Shown in pieces: positions 16,006-25,555 of a stretch of DNA of 38,527 bases (the first letter of the stretch is position 1; each line of letters starts with the position of its first letter). Under the pieces are notes generated by a model that was not told the origin of the DNA, ran no database searches, and saw nothing but the letters and a program-made list of their open reading frames with translations. The position numbers were made by a program, and so were the translations under genes. Source of the DNA: a virus (taxonomy: Duplodnaviria; Caudoviricetes); the IMG/VR virus record IMGVR_UViG_3300044507_000081, positions 1 to 38,527 of that record, one strand, 5' to 3'.

Positions 16006-18014
16006 GGACCGGGTTCGTTCACCCCGAGGCCATGGGCGAGGTCGCCCACGCCTACCTCCGCCTGCTCAACTCCCTCTCCGCGAAACCCCTGCCGCGATCT
16101 ATCGCCTCCGCACCCCAGGGGGCAGAGGCGCTCCTCTCCCTGGTCTACCGAGGGGAACCCCCCGAGGTGCACGACTGGATGCCGGTCAGGGGCGGCGGCG
16201 CCAAGGCCGACAAGGCGCGCGCCTGCGTCGTCTTCTCGGGAGGGAAGGACTCCGTCTCGGTCGCCCTGCGCCTGGTCGCCCAGGGGAAGCGCGTGGTCCT
16301 TGTCCATGTCGCAGGCGCCAACCGCTACGCCGCCGCCGAGGAGGAGAAGGCCGCCCGCGCCCTCGCGCCGCTCCTGGGCCTGCCCCTGGAGATCGTCCGC
16401 CTCGACCACGAGGGCAAGGCGGAGTGGGTCGAGAACCCGATCCGCAACAACTTCCTCCTCGCCTGCGCCGCCGACCTCATGGCGCGGCAGGGGGTCCGCC
16501 TCTTCGCCCTCGGCACCATGCGCTCGCACGCCTTCGACGCCGAGGTGGTCGAGACCGGGGTCTCCGATGCCGTCGAGGTCGTCGACGCCACCGCGGTTCA
16601 CCTCGCCCAGGTGTGGAAGGGCCTGCGCGTCGATCACCTCCTCGCCTCGAACTCCGACTCGTTCCGCGAGGTGGCGAAGAGGCCCGACCTCCTGCCGGAG
16701 ATCCGGTCATGTCTCATCGGCGCGCGGTTCCGCGAGGCCCACCGCCGCACGGCGAAGCGCGTGCACGGCGTCGATCTCCTCCCTGGACGGTGCGGCGTCT
16801 GCTCGAAGTGCGCGGGGGAATACCTCCACCTCGCGCCCCTGGGCGCCCTGCCCTGGTCGGCGTCCTTCGCGGCGCGGTGCATGACGACCCTGCGGCGCGC
16901 CTGGGCGAAGCACTACGGGCGGAAGGGGACCGAGGCCGAGGCCCTCGCCTACTTCCTCGACGCCCAGGCCCTCGATGACCTGTCCAAAGTCCTTCCCCTG
17001 CGGGCCTCCAGTCACCCGCCTCCTCCCAAGGCGCACCCGAACCCTGTCCAGACCCTCGCGCAGAGGCGACAGAACCGAGGCCTGTGGAGAGGCGGGGTGC
17101 AGGGGAAGGACCCAACCTTCTACGCGCAGAAGCGCGAGGTCGAGGCGCGCCTCGGTCGCACCCTCTCAACCCCGGACTTCCGCGAGAACCACTGGGTCCC
17201 TTCGGAGTCGTATCGGGGCACGTCGATCTTCGACCCGGTCCTGTGCGAGTTGGCCTACCGGTGGTGGTCGCCGCCCGGTGGCCTGGTCCTCGACCCCTTC
17301 GCGGGCGGGTCCGTGCGGGGGATCGTCGCCGCCCTCCTGGGCCGCCGCTACCTGGGGGTGGAACTCTCCCAGGCGCAGAAGGCCGCCAACGAGGCGCAGA
17401 GGCGCGACGTATTCGCCCTCCTGGGCCGCGTACGCGCCTCGGGGACGGCGTTCCCAGGCCTGGGCGAGGGAGGGCCGCCGATGCCGAGGTGGACCCTCGG
17501 GGACGCGCGCGCCCTCGACAAGGTCTGCAAGGAACCCGTGGACTTCCTCTTCACCTGTCCGCCCTATGGGAGTCTCGAGCGGTACTCCGACGACCCGCGC
17601 GATCTCTCCGCCATGCAGGACGAGGAGTTCGACGCCGCCTACCGGGAGGTGATCGTCAAGGCCTGCCGCCTCCTCCGGCCCGACTCGTTCGCCTGCTACG
17701 TCGTGGGCGACTACCGAGACGCGCGCGGGGTGTATCGCAACCTGGTGGGCCGCACCGTCGCCGCGTTCGAGGAGGGCGGCCTCGCCTTCTACAACGAGGC
17801 GATCCTCATCACCCCTGCCGGGTCTCTGCCGATCCGCGTGGCGCGCATGTTCGAGGGGAGTCGCAAACTCGGCAAGGCCCACCAGAACGTGCTAGTTTTC
17901 GTGAAGGGGGACCCCGAGGCGGCCACGAAGCGCGTTGGGGCCTGCGAGTTCGGAGAGATCGTTCTCGACCAGGAGGCGGACGGTGGCGGCGCACCCCAAG
18001 ACCAAGCAGGGTAA
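16002..18014 (+). CDS. QueC-like PP-loop ATPase fused to an amino (N4-C/N6-A) DNA methyltransferase
   Basis: N-terminal half: 'VVFSGGKDS', 'PIRN', 'RSC...CGVCSKC'. C-terminal half: 'TSIFDPVLCELAYRWW', 'LDPFAGGSVRG', 'FTCPPY', 'HQNVLVFVKG'. Confidence 0.85.
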   Translation: MRTGFVHPEAMGEVAHAYLRLLNSLSAKPLPRSIASAPQGAEALLSLVYRGEPPEVHDWMPVRGGGAKADKARACVVFSGGKDSVSVALRLVAQGKRVVLVHVAGANRYAAAEEEKAARALAPLLGLPLEIVRLDHEGKAEWVENPIRNNFLLACAADLMARQGVRLFALGTMRSHAFDAEVVETGVSDAVEVVDATAVHLAQVWKGLRVDHLLASNSDSFREVAKRPDLLPEIRSCLIGARFREAHRRTAKRVHGVDLLPGRCGVCSKCAGEYLHLAPLGALPWSASFAARCMTTLRRAWAKHYGRKGTEAEALAYFLDAQALDDLSKVLPLRASSHPPPPKAHPNPVQTLAQRRQNRGLWRGGVQGKDPTFYAQKREVEARLGRTLSTPDFRENHWVPSESYRGTSIFDPVLCELAYRWWSPPGGLVLDPFAGGSVRGIVAALLGRRYLGVELSQAQKAANEAQRRDVFALLGRVRASGTAFPGLGEGGPPMPRWTLGDARALDKVCKEPVDFLFTCPPYGSLERYSDDPRDLSAMQDEEFDAAYREVIVKACRLLRPDSFACYVVGDYRDARGVYRNLVGRTVAAFEEGGLAFYNEAILITPAGSLPIRVARMFEGSRKLGKAHQNVLVFVKGDPEAATKRVGACEFGEIVLDQEADGGGAPQDQAG

Positions 18015-18417
18015 GCGGAAGAGGGGTCGCCCTCCCGGATCCCCCAACGCGACCACGCTCGCAATCGGCGGGCGCATGGACCTGGTCAAGGCCGCCCTCT
18101 CGCGCGACGTCCTGCGCGCGGTCATAGCAGAGGACCAGGTCGCCCTTGCGGCGTTCGAGAAGACGAACAAGGCCGACCTCCGCCTCGCGCGGACCTCCTG
18201 GCTCGCCGCCCTGCGCGCCTCGACCGACTCTCGATTCATGGCCGCCCTCACCGCGATGCAAGACCGCATGTGGGGCAGGGTGAAGCAGGAACTCGAACAC
18301 TCCACCCCGCCCGGCGTTCCCCTGGAGGCCCGCGTATACGTCTGCGAACTCTCCTCGGGCGAGGCGGCGTTCCCCCCGCAGAAGAACGGGAACGGCAACG
18401 GCTCGCACAACGAGTAG
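17983..18417 (+). CDS. terS: probable terminase small subunit
   Basis: RBS AGGAGG, 'GRPPGSPN' motif, located upstream of terL. Confidence 0.6.
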   Translation: MAAHPKTKQGKRKRGRPPGSPNATTLAIGGRMDLVKAALSRDVLRAVIAEDQVALAAFEKTNKADLRLARTSWLAALRASTDSRFMAALTAMQDRMWGRVKQELEHSTPPGVPLEARVYVCELSSGEAAFPPQKNGNGNGSHNE

Positions 18418-18419
18418 GC

Positions 18420-18626
18420 ATGCGGCCCAGGGGCGGACGCTGCCGGAACTGCGGCGCCGTTCTCCCTCGGGAGTTCCTGCGATCCGCCCTCACCCGAGGG
18501 ACTGATTCCTGTCAACGGTGCGCCGAGGCGCGGTTGATCACGGCCATGCGGCGCCCCGAGGCCCGCGCCTGGGAGGCGGAGTGGCAAGAGCGGTTGCGGT
18601 TCGCCCTGCTTCTCGTGCGCGAGTAA
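18420..18626 (+). CDS. C4 zinc-finger protein (TraR/DksA-like spacing)
   Basis: 'CRNCG..LP.E.L........SCQRC'. Confidence 0.5.
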   Translation: MRPRGGRCRNCGAVLPREFLRSALTRGTDSCQRCAEARLITAMRRPEARAWEAEWQERLRFALLLVRE

Positions 18627-19945
18627 CCCTCCGCCTTCCTCCCCTGCGCCCCTACCAGGTGCGGTTTATCCTGCACCCCGCGCGGGACCTGGTGGTGGTC
18701 TCCGCCACGCAGATCGGCAAGTCCTTCGCCTGCGCCTGTTGGCTCCTGGGGAAGGCCTGGGAGAAACCCAACTCCCGGAACTGGTGGGCCGCGCCGACCT
18801 ACTACCAGGCCGAGGTTGGCTACCGCCTGGTCCGCGATCTCGCGCGCAGCGCGGGCGTCCTCCACTCCGCCCTCGACGGCAAACTACGCCTCACGCTGAT
18901 CAACGGCGCGGTCATAGAGGCGCGGTCGTGGGAGAGGGACGAGAACCTCCAGGGGCCGACCGTCGACGCGATCGTGGTGGACGAGGCGGGCCTCCTCACC
19001 CAGGCGGCGCGCGCGATCCTCTCGACCAGGCGCAGCGCGACCCTCGGGCCGATGCGGTTCATAGGGAACCCGACCTACTCCATGAGCGAGTTCTGGCGCC
19101 TCGCGCGGCAGGCGCAGACCTCCAAGGACACGGCGGTCCTCGCCTACATGCGGTGGACCTGGGAGGACATGGCCGAGGCCCTCCCCGCCCAGGAGGCCGC
19201 CGACTACCGGGAGTTCATCGCCCAGGAAAAGACCCAACTCCCGACCGACGAGTTCCGCCGCCTCTACGAGGCCGAGTTCCTGGAGATGGGGACCGGGATC
19301 CTCGACCTGCGCCCGGTCTGCACCCTGGGCGGCGACGATCTCCACCCGGTCAAGATGCCCTACCTCGACGCCTGGAACCCCGAGAGGGACGGCCCCTGCG
19401 TCGGCGGCATGGACCTTGGCGAGCACGTCAACCCCTCGGTCCTCACGGTATGGGGCAGGAAGTCGGGCCGCCTCCTGTATCTCATGTCGATGAAGAACCT
19501 CAAGTGGGAGGTGCAGGCGGCGCGCGCGGTCACGGCCTTGCGGTCGTTCTCCGTCCTGAAAGGCGAGAGGGCGCCGGGCGCCGAGAAGGACGCGGAGCGG
19601 CAGCAGAGCGTTCTGGTGTATTTTGACGCGACGGGAGTCGGGAGCGCCGTCGCCCAGGTCCTCTCAAAGGCCTCGGTGAACACCGCGGTGCGGTTCTCGG
19701 GCGTCACCTTCAACACGGAGAACAAAAAAGACATGGTCCAGTCCCTCCAGGTGGCGGTCGAGCAGAGGCGGATCGCTATGCCGTGGATCGCGGAGGCGAT
19801 CTCCGAGGCCGACACCCTGGAGAGAACGCAACTCGCAACGTCCGTTCGCTACAAGGCCGCCGAGGGGTTCTCCGACGACATTGTCTGGAGCATGGGCCTT
19901 GCGATCTTCGGCCTGACCAACCTGATAACGGGGGTGCCCTCATGA
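18581..19945 (+). CDS. terL: terminase large subunit
   Basis: 'LRPYQ', Walker A 'ATQIGKS', 'APTY.QA', Walker B 'IVVDEA', 'GNP', nuclease 'GMDLG', 'DATGVG', 'SDDIVWS'. The start is uncertain. Confidence 0.92.
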   Translation: MARAVAVRPASRARVTLRLPPLRPYQVRFILHPARDLVVVSATQIGKSFACACWLLGKAWEKPNSRNWWAAPTYYQAEVGYRLVRDLARSAGVLHSALDGKLRLTLINGAVIEARSWERDENLQGPTVDAIVVDEAGLLTQAARAILSTRRSATLGPMRFIGNPTYSMSEFWRLARQAQTSKDTAVLAYMRWTWEDMAEALPAQEAADYREFIAQEKTQLPTDEFRRLYEAEFLEMGTGILDLRPVCTLGGDDLHPVKMPYLDAWNPERDGPCVGGMDLGEHVNPSVLTVWGRKSGRLLYLMSMKNLKWEVQAARAVTALRSFSVLKGERAPGAEKDAERQQSVLVYFDATGVGSAVAQVLSKASVNTAVRFSGVTFNTENKKDMVQSLQVAVEQRRIAMPWIAEAISEADTLERTQLATSVRYKAAEGFSDDIVWSMGLAIFGLTNLITGVPS

Positions 19946-22131
19946 GCATTTACCGCGACGTCCGCGACGCCTTCGCGGCCTTGGCCGCCCTCGGACGCAG
20001 GACGCGCGCGCGCGCCGAGGCCTCGCAGACGCGGGAGAAGGGCGCCGATTGGGGGTGGCCGACCATGCGCTCGGTCGTCACCCCGGAAATGTGGCAGACG
20101 GGGTTGGACACCCTCCTGCCCCTGGTGCGGACGAACCTCTCGCGCCCCTATGGTCAGGCGCCCACCGTCTACCGCGCGGTGAAGACGATTGCGACGGCCA
20201 TCGCCCAACTCCAGGGCGAGGTGTGGAAGGCGAACCCGCCTGGGCGCAAGTCCTCCGTCGAGGAAGAGGCGGTCGAGGGGCACTGGCTTCCCTCCCTCCT
20301 CGCGGCGCCCTCGCCCACCATGGTCGGGGACCAACTGATAGAGGCGGTCGTCACCTTCCTGGAGATCCGGGGTGAGGCCTTCCTCCTCCACTCGCAGCGG
20401 GCGCAGGAGAACGCGCGCGCCCCCCTGAAACCGAACGAGATCTGGCTCATTGACCCGGCGCAGATGACCCCGAAGGTGAAGGTGGGGCAGGCGGTGACGG
20501 TTTGGACGTGGAACACCCCCTCGGGGCCGCAGGAGGTCGAGGCCGAGGACCTGACCTTCCTCCGATACAACAACCCCTACGATCCCTGCCGTGGACTCGC
20601 GCCTCTCCAGGCGGCGGAGGTGGAGATCACCGGGGACTGGAGGATGGCGAACTACAACAACGCGTTCTTCGGCAACTTCGCGGTGCCGCCGATCCTCTTC
20701 TACGTCGAGGGAGAGCAGGAGTGGCTCGAAGAGGACCGCGAGCGGTTCCTCGAATTGTGGCAGGCGAAGCAGGCGGGGCAGGGTGCGCACAAGGCGGGCG
20801 CCCTCCCGCGCGGCGTGCGCCCGTTCACCGTGGACCTCTCGCAGAACGACATGCAATTCCTGGAGGGCCGCCGGTTCACCAGGGAACAGATCCTCTCGGT
20901 CTTCGGGGTGCCGCCCGCCATCGCGGGGGTGTTCGAGTACGCCAACTACGCGAACTCCCGAGAGCAACTCAAGTTCTTCTGGCACGTCACCCTCCTCCCG
21001 AAGATCCGGTACATCGAGGCGGCCCTCACGCGCGATCTCCTCCAGCGATACGAGGCGGGGTCGGAGTTCTTTTTCAAGACCGAGCCGGTCCTCGCGGAGA
21101 TCGCCTCCGCCGACTACAAGGAAAAGGTCGGCACCGGCAAGGCCCTGTGGGACATGGGGTGGCCTGCGGCAGACGTGAACGACCGCCTCGACCTCGGCAT
21201 GCCGACCGATGGGCGGCCCTGGCTCGAGGAAGGGTTCCTACCCCTGGGCCTGCAACCGGCGGGCCTCGCCCTCGAACCCGCGCCTCCCGAGGCGGAGATC
21301 CCCGAGGAAATGCCCCAGGGCGGAGGGAAGGCGGCGCGCAAGGCGGCCCAGGTCAAGAGGGCGCGGCACGCCACCTACGAGAACCTCGCGGCGCATTGGA
21401 CGCCTATCGCCCGCTCCTACTCCAGGGCCGTGAAGTCCTGGGTATGGGAACTGCGGGCCGAGGTCCTGCGGCGCCTGGAGAAGAACAGCGAGACCCTCCC
21501 GCGCGCGGTGAAGTCGGAGACGCAAGGCCTCCTGTTCGACGCGGAGGAGGCGCGCGTGAAGTTGGTCAAGATCTCCCGCGCCGCCTGGACGCGCGCGGCG
21601 GAGCAGGGCGCCTCCGCCCTGGGCGAGGAGACGGGCGTCGAGGTTTCGTTCGACCTCCTCGACCCGAAGGCGGTCGCCTTCCTCGCGTCCAAGGAAATGC
21701 GGATCCGCCGGGTCTCCGACACCATCCGGCAGGACGTTCGAGAGGCCCTCTCCGAAGGGATCGCGGAGGGCGAGTCGGTCAAGCAGTTGGCCGAGAGGGT
21801 CCGCGAGGTCTTCGACGTGGCGCGCGGCAGGGCGATGACCATCGCGCGCACCGAGACGGCCCAGGCGTTCAACGGGGGCCGCTACCTCGGGATGAAAGAG
21901 GCGGGGATCGAATACCACCAGTGGCTCACCTCGGCGGACGACCGCGTTCGGGACCTCCATGAGGCCCTGATGGGAGAGGCGGTGCCTGTCGGCGAGGCCT
22001 TCGTGCAGAACCTCAAGTACCCCGGCGACCCGGACGGGGAGGCCGAACAGGTCATCAACTGCCGGTGTGTTACTATCCCAATCAGGGCCGAGGAACTCTC
22101 GCCCGCAGGAGGCGGTGAGGAGGAATCGTGA
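19942..22131 (+). CDS. HK97-type portal fused to a Mu F/SPP1 gp7-like head morphogenesis domain
   Basis: Portal motifs 'RGLAPL', 'DMQFLE.R.FTREQI..VFGVPP', 'NYAN'; MuF motifs 'TIARTE', 'WLTSADDRVR..H', 'YPGDP..INCRC'. Confidence 0.9.
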   Translation: MSIYRDVRDAFAALAALGRRTRARAEASQTREKGADWGWPTMRSVVTPEMWQTGLDTLLPLVRTNLSRPYGQAPTVYRAVKTIATAIAQLQGEVWKANPPGRKSSVEEEAVEGHWLPSLLAAPSPTMVGDQLIEAVVTFLEIRGEAFLLHSQRAQENARAPLKPNEIWLIDPAQMTPKVKVGQAVTVWTWNTPSGPQEVEAEDLTFLRYNNPYDPCRGLAPLQAAEVEITGDWRMANYNNAFFGNFAVPPILFYVEGEQEWLEEDRERFLELWQAKQAGQGAHKAGALPRGVRPFTVDLSQNDMQFLEGRRFTREQILSVFGVPPAIAGVFEYANYANSREQLKFFWHVTLLPKIRYIEAALTRDLLQRYEAGSEFFFKTEPVLAEIASADYKEKVGTGKALWDMGWPAADVNDRLDLGMPTDGRPWLEEGFLPLGLQPAGLALEPAPPEAEIPEEMPQGGGKAARKAAQVKRARHATYENLAAHWTPIARSYSRAVKSWVWELRAEVLRRLEKNSETLPRAVKSETQGLLFDAEEARVKLVKISRAAWTRAAEQGASALGEETGVEVSFDLLDPKAVAFLASKEMRIRRVSDTIRQDVREALSEGIAEGESVKQLAERVREVFDVARGRAMTIARTETAQAFNGGRYLGMKEAGIEYHQWLTSADDRVRDLHEALMGEAVPVGEAFVQNLKYPGDPDGEAEQVINCRCVTIPIRAEELSPAGGGEEES

Positions 22132-22799
22132 AGGTCAACGATCGCATTCCCCCCGCAGTTGTCCGAGGCGTTTTCGTCGAGAGGGCCGAGTCCTTCGACG
22201 TCGAAACCCGCACCATTTCCCACGTGATCTCCAGGGAGTCGTCCGACCGCGCGGGGGACATTGTCCGCGTGGCCGGGTGGGACTTCCGCAACTTCGAGAA
22301 GAACCCGGTGGTCATGTGGGCGCACGACTACGCGCGCCCGCCCATTGGGACAAACAAGGGCCTCTCCATCGTCGGCAAGAACGTCAAGGCCAAGACGCAG
22401 TTTGACGTGGCCGATTTCGCCCAGGAGATCGCGGGCCTCTACGAGAGAGACGTGATGCGCGCCTGGTCGGTGGGGTTCCGCCCGAGGGCCTGGGAACCCA
22501 TCCTCGACGACCGGGAAATGATCCTCGGGTTCGAATACACCGACCAGGAGCTCTTGGAGTATTCCGCGGTGCCCATCGGCATGCACCCCGACGCCCTGGG
22601 GAACGCCGTGAAGAACGGCCTGGTCCGCCTCACCCTCAACGAACTCAAAGCCTTCCTCCCGCAGCCCGAGGCCACGCCGGATCCGGCGGTCACGCCCGAG
22701 CAGACGCGCGAGGTCTTCGACCGCCTGGGGAAGATAGAGGTCTCCCTCCGGCTCTCAACCCTTCGCACTCTTCTCAGAGGAGAACGCCGTGGACCCTGA
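22128..22799 (+). CDS. HK97-family prohead protease
   Basis: 'DRAGDIV', 'NPVVMWAHD', 'WSVGF.P', 'ELLEYSAVPIG'. Confidence 0.9.
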   Translation: MKVNDRIPPAVVRGVFVERAESFDVETRTISHVISRESSDRAGDIVRVAGWDFRNFEKNPVVMWAHDYARPPIGTNKGLSIVGKNVKAKTQFDVADFAQEIAGLYERDVMRAWSVGFRPRAWEPILDDREMILGFEYTDQELLEYSAVPIGMHPDALGNAVKNGLVRLTLNELKAFLPQPEATPDPAVTPEQTREVFDRLGKIEVSLRLSTLRTLLRGERRGP

Positions 22800-24222
22800 A
22801 CTGAAAAAGCAGTTGGACGAGATCCAGAACATGGCCTCGGGGCGCCTCGACGCCATCGACGCCCAGGGGAAGGCGACCGCCGCGTCGGTGGCCGACCTCG
22901 CGGGGAAGGTCGCCCAGGTCCAGACGGACGCGGGGTTGATCTCCGCGAAGTTCCTGGACCACGAAAAGTGGGTGTCGAACGTCCAGAAGGCGCTCGACAA
23001 GCGCGTCCAGGGTTCGGGCCTCTTCGCCCAGGACGCGATCAAGGCGGCCATCCCCGAGCGGTACAAGGGAATGGTCGACGCCTACGCCCGCAGCGGCGGG
23101 CGGCACTACAAGATCGGGTCGAGGGAGATCGACCCGACCCGCGATCCCCACACCCTCGCGGCCATGGAGGTGTGGCTCAAGAACGCGATGAAGTTGCAGA
23201 TCGGTCGCTTCGCCTCGGAGCACGCCAAGTGCGCCGAGGAGAACGAGAACATCGAGAAGGCGCTCCAGGGTGGCGTGACCACCAAGGCGGCCTTCGCGGA
23301 GTCCACCAACTCGACCGGTGGCTACACCGTGCCGCAGCCGGTGGAGGCCATGGTCCTGCGGATCGCGGAGGACTCCGGGTGCGTGCGCGCCCTCGCGAGC
23401 AAGTTCCCCATGACCACCGAAAAGCACCTGATCCCCACCGACGCGGGTGGGATCACGGTGGCGGCGGTGGCCGAGGCGGGGGCGATCTCCGAGAGCGAGC
23501 CGACCCTCGGTCAGAAGACCCTCCAGGCGAAGATGATCGCCGTCCGGGGTCTCGCCTCCATCCAGGTCCTCGCGGATTCCACCATCGGGATCCTCGACTA
23601 CTGGCTCCTGCGCGCCTCCGAGGCCTACGGCCTCTACGAGGACGCCCAGGCGCTCGAAGGCGACGGGACCGACTTCACCGGCCTCGCCGCCGCCTCGGCG
23701 GGGACGATCGTGAACGAAGTCTCGATGGGGACGGACGGCGCGAACGTCGCCTACCAGCCTCTCGTGACCACGCTGTTCAAGGGGGTGAAGCGTTCGACCA
23801 GGCGCGCGGGAGCGGCGTGGATCATGCACCCCACGATCCTCTCGCGCCTCGTGCAGTTGAAGGACTCGTCCGGTTACCCGATCTTCAACCGCGACGACAT
23901 CGGGAGGATCCTCGCCATCACCAACCCCGCCCTCAACACTGGGCAGGAGGGAACGCTCCTGGGATACCCGGTCTTCACCTCGGACCGGATCTCCCTCACC
24001 CGCACCCAGGGGTCGGCCTCGACCGCTTCGAACATCTACTTCGGCCCCTGGGCCGATGGGATCATCATCGGAGACCTCCTGGGCCTCACCTTCGACGTCT
24101 CCGAGCATGTCGCGTTCAACAACGCGCAGATCGCGATGCGGCTCCTCAAGCGGACCGCGATCATCGTGGGCGCGAACCTGTCCATGACGCGCCTCGTCGG
24201 CGTCCTGAACGCCGCGCCGTAG
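22789..24222 (+). CDS. HK97-fold major capsid protein with N-terminal delta domain
   Basis: 'TGGYTVP', 'WIMHP', 'LKDSSGYPIF', 'GTLLGYPV', 'AFNNAQIAMR'. Confidence 0.93.
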   Translation: MDPELKKQLDEIQNMASGRLDAIDAQGKATAASVADLAGKVAQVQTDAGLISAKFLDHEKWVSNVQKALDKRVQGSGLFAQDAIKAAIPERYKGMVDAYARSGGRHYKIGSREIDPTRDPHTLAAMEVWLKNAMKLQIGRFASEHAKCAEENENIEKALQGGVTTKAAFAESTNSTGGYTVPQPVEAMVLRIAEDSGCVRALASKFPMTTEKHLIPTDAGGITVAAVAEAGAISESEPTLGQKTLQAKMIAVRGLASIQVLADSTIGILDYWLLRASEAYGLYEDAQALEGDGTDFTGLAAASAGTIVNEVSMGTDGANVAYQPLVTTLFKGVKRSTRRAGAAWIMHPTILSRLVQLKDSSGYPIFNRDDIGRILAITNPALNTGQEGTLLGYPVFTSDRISLTRTQGSASTASNIYFGPWADGIIIGDLLGLTFDVSEHVAFNNAQIAMRLLKRTAIIVGANLSMTRLVGVLNAAP

Positions 24223-24258
24223 CAATCCCCTCGGGCCTCGCGGCCTGAGTTCAATACC

Positions 24259-24292
24259 GGCGGGGGTCGTCTCTTCGGAGGCGGCCCCCGCC
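24259..24292 (+). terminator. 15-bp hairpin with a C(UUCG)G tetraloop after the capsid gene
   Basis: GGCGGGGGTCGTCTC-TTCG-GAGGCGGCCCCCGCC, short TTCT tail; partial terminator or stabiliser. Confidence 0.55.
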
Positions 24293-24316
24293 TTCTCCCC
24301 GAGGAGGACCCCTCAC

Positions 24317-24967
24317 ATGAAGCGACTCCGAATGCTCGAGAAGGTGGACAACATCGGCGCCAAGGGAGAGGTGATCACCGTGCAGGACGACGGCATGGCC
24401 GAGAAGTTCATCGCCCGTGGTTGGTGCGCGGAGGTCGCCGCCCAGCAGGCGCACGCCTCCGAACAGGGCAAGGCCCCCGCCGGGCCGCCGAAGAACCGCG
24501 CCCAGGGCCGCGCAGGGGTCGTCAAGGCCCTCCTGGTCGGCCTCCTCCTGGGCGCCCTGGGCCTCTTCGGCCCCCAGGCGCAGGCCGCGCAGTATGTGCT
24601 GGAGGCCTCCGGGGATCACACCGCCGCAGGGCAGGGGGCCGCGATCCCGATCAACGGTGGCTACATCTTCGTCGCGGTGAACCTCTCGACGGGGTCCGGG
24701 ACGGTGACCGCCTTCTACGTCTACCTCCAGGCCTCGCCCGATGGAGGGACGACCTGGGCGGCCCTGCCCTGTCAATCGGTGCAAAAAGAGAACACCACCA
24801 CCAATGCGTCCGACCGCGCGAACATTGTGCAGGAAACCACGATGATCTCGGCGGCGACCGCCTGGGGGGCGATGTGTTTCTCCCCCGCCGGGTACATTCG
24901 CGCCGCCTGGTACATCACCGGGACGGGGCCGCACGAGACGTTCGCGGTTCGGGCCGAGACCCGGTAG
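24317..24967 (+). CDS. putative virion-associated protein with an internal signal/TM segment
   Basis: RBS GAGGAGG; small N-terminal domain, hydrophobic helix ending AQAA, then a beta-rich domain. Confidence 0.7.
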   Translation: MKRLRMLEKVDNIGAKGEVITVQDDGMAEKFIARGWCAEVAAQQAHASEQGKAPAGPPKNRAQGRAGVVKALLVGLLLGALGLFGPQAQAAQYVLEASGDHTAAGQGAAIPINGGYIFVAVNLSTGSGTVTAFYVYLQASPDGGTTWAALPCQSVQKENTTTNASDRANIVQETTMISAATAWGAMCFSPAGYIRAAWYITGTGPHETFAVRAETR

Positions 24968-24979
24968 CGGGAGGCTCCC

Positions 24980-25555
24980 GTGGGCGACCTGACCACCCTC
25001 GCAAACGTCAAGGAGTACCTCGGCCTCCCTGCGGCGGCAGGCCCACAGGACGCCCTCCTCGGGAAACTCGTCACCCGGATCTCGTCCATGATCGAGCAGC
25101 ACTCCGACCGGGTTCTCTCCCAGGCCGCGGTGGTGCAGTACATGGACGGGAGTGGGACGCCGACCCTCAGCCTGCGGGAGTATCCCGTCTCCGCCGTGGC
25201 CTCGGTCTACTACTCCGAGAACAACGACTTCACCGCCCCCAACCTGGTCGCCTCCTCGGAGTATTTCCTGGACCCCGACCGGGGCCTCCTGATTCGCAAA
25301 GGGTTCATGCCCTGGATGCGGGGCGCCCCGAGGAATCACAAGGTCTCGTACACGGCGGGGTACGCCATTGGGTCAATGCACCCGGCGATAGAGCACGTCG
25401 CGATCCTCATGGTGGCGCGCGCCTGGGGAACAAAAGAGAACCCCTTTGTCACCTCGCAGAGCCTCAGGGACGGGTCGATCACCGTCAAGGCGGCGGCGGT
25501 GGACTTTTCCGATCTCCTGAAGCAGTTGAGCGCCTTCCGCGCCCGGCGGGTCTGA
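24980..25555 (+). CDS. head-tail connector (gp6/gp15-like adaptor)
   Basis: 'LTTLANVKEYL', 'DALL..L', 'YPV..V.SV', 'VSYTAGY'. Confidence 0.8.
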   Translation: MGDLTTLANVKEYLGLPAAAGPQDALLGKLVTRISSMIEQHSDRVLSQAAVVQYMDGSGTPTLSLREYPVSAVASVYYSENNDFTAPNLVASSEYFLDPDRGLLIRKGFMPWMRGAPRNHKVSYTAGYAIGSMHPAIEHVAILMVARAWGTKENPFVTSQSLRDGSITVKAAAVDFSDLLKQLSAFRARRV

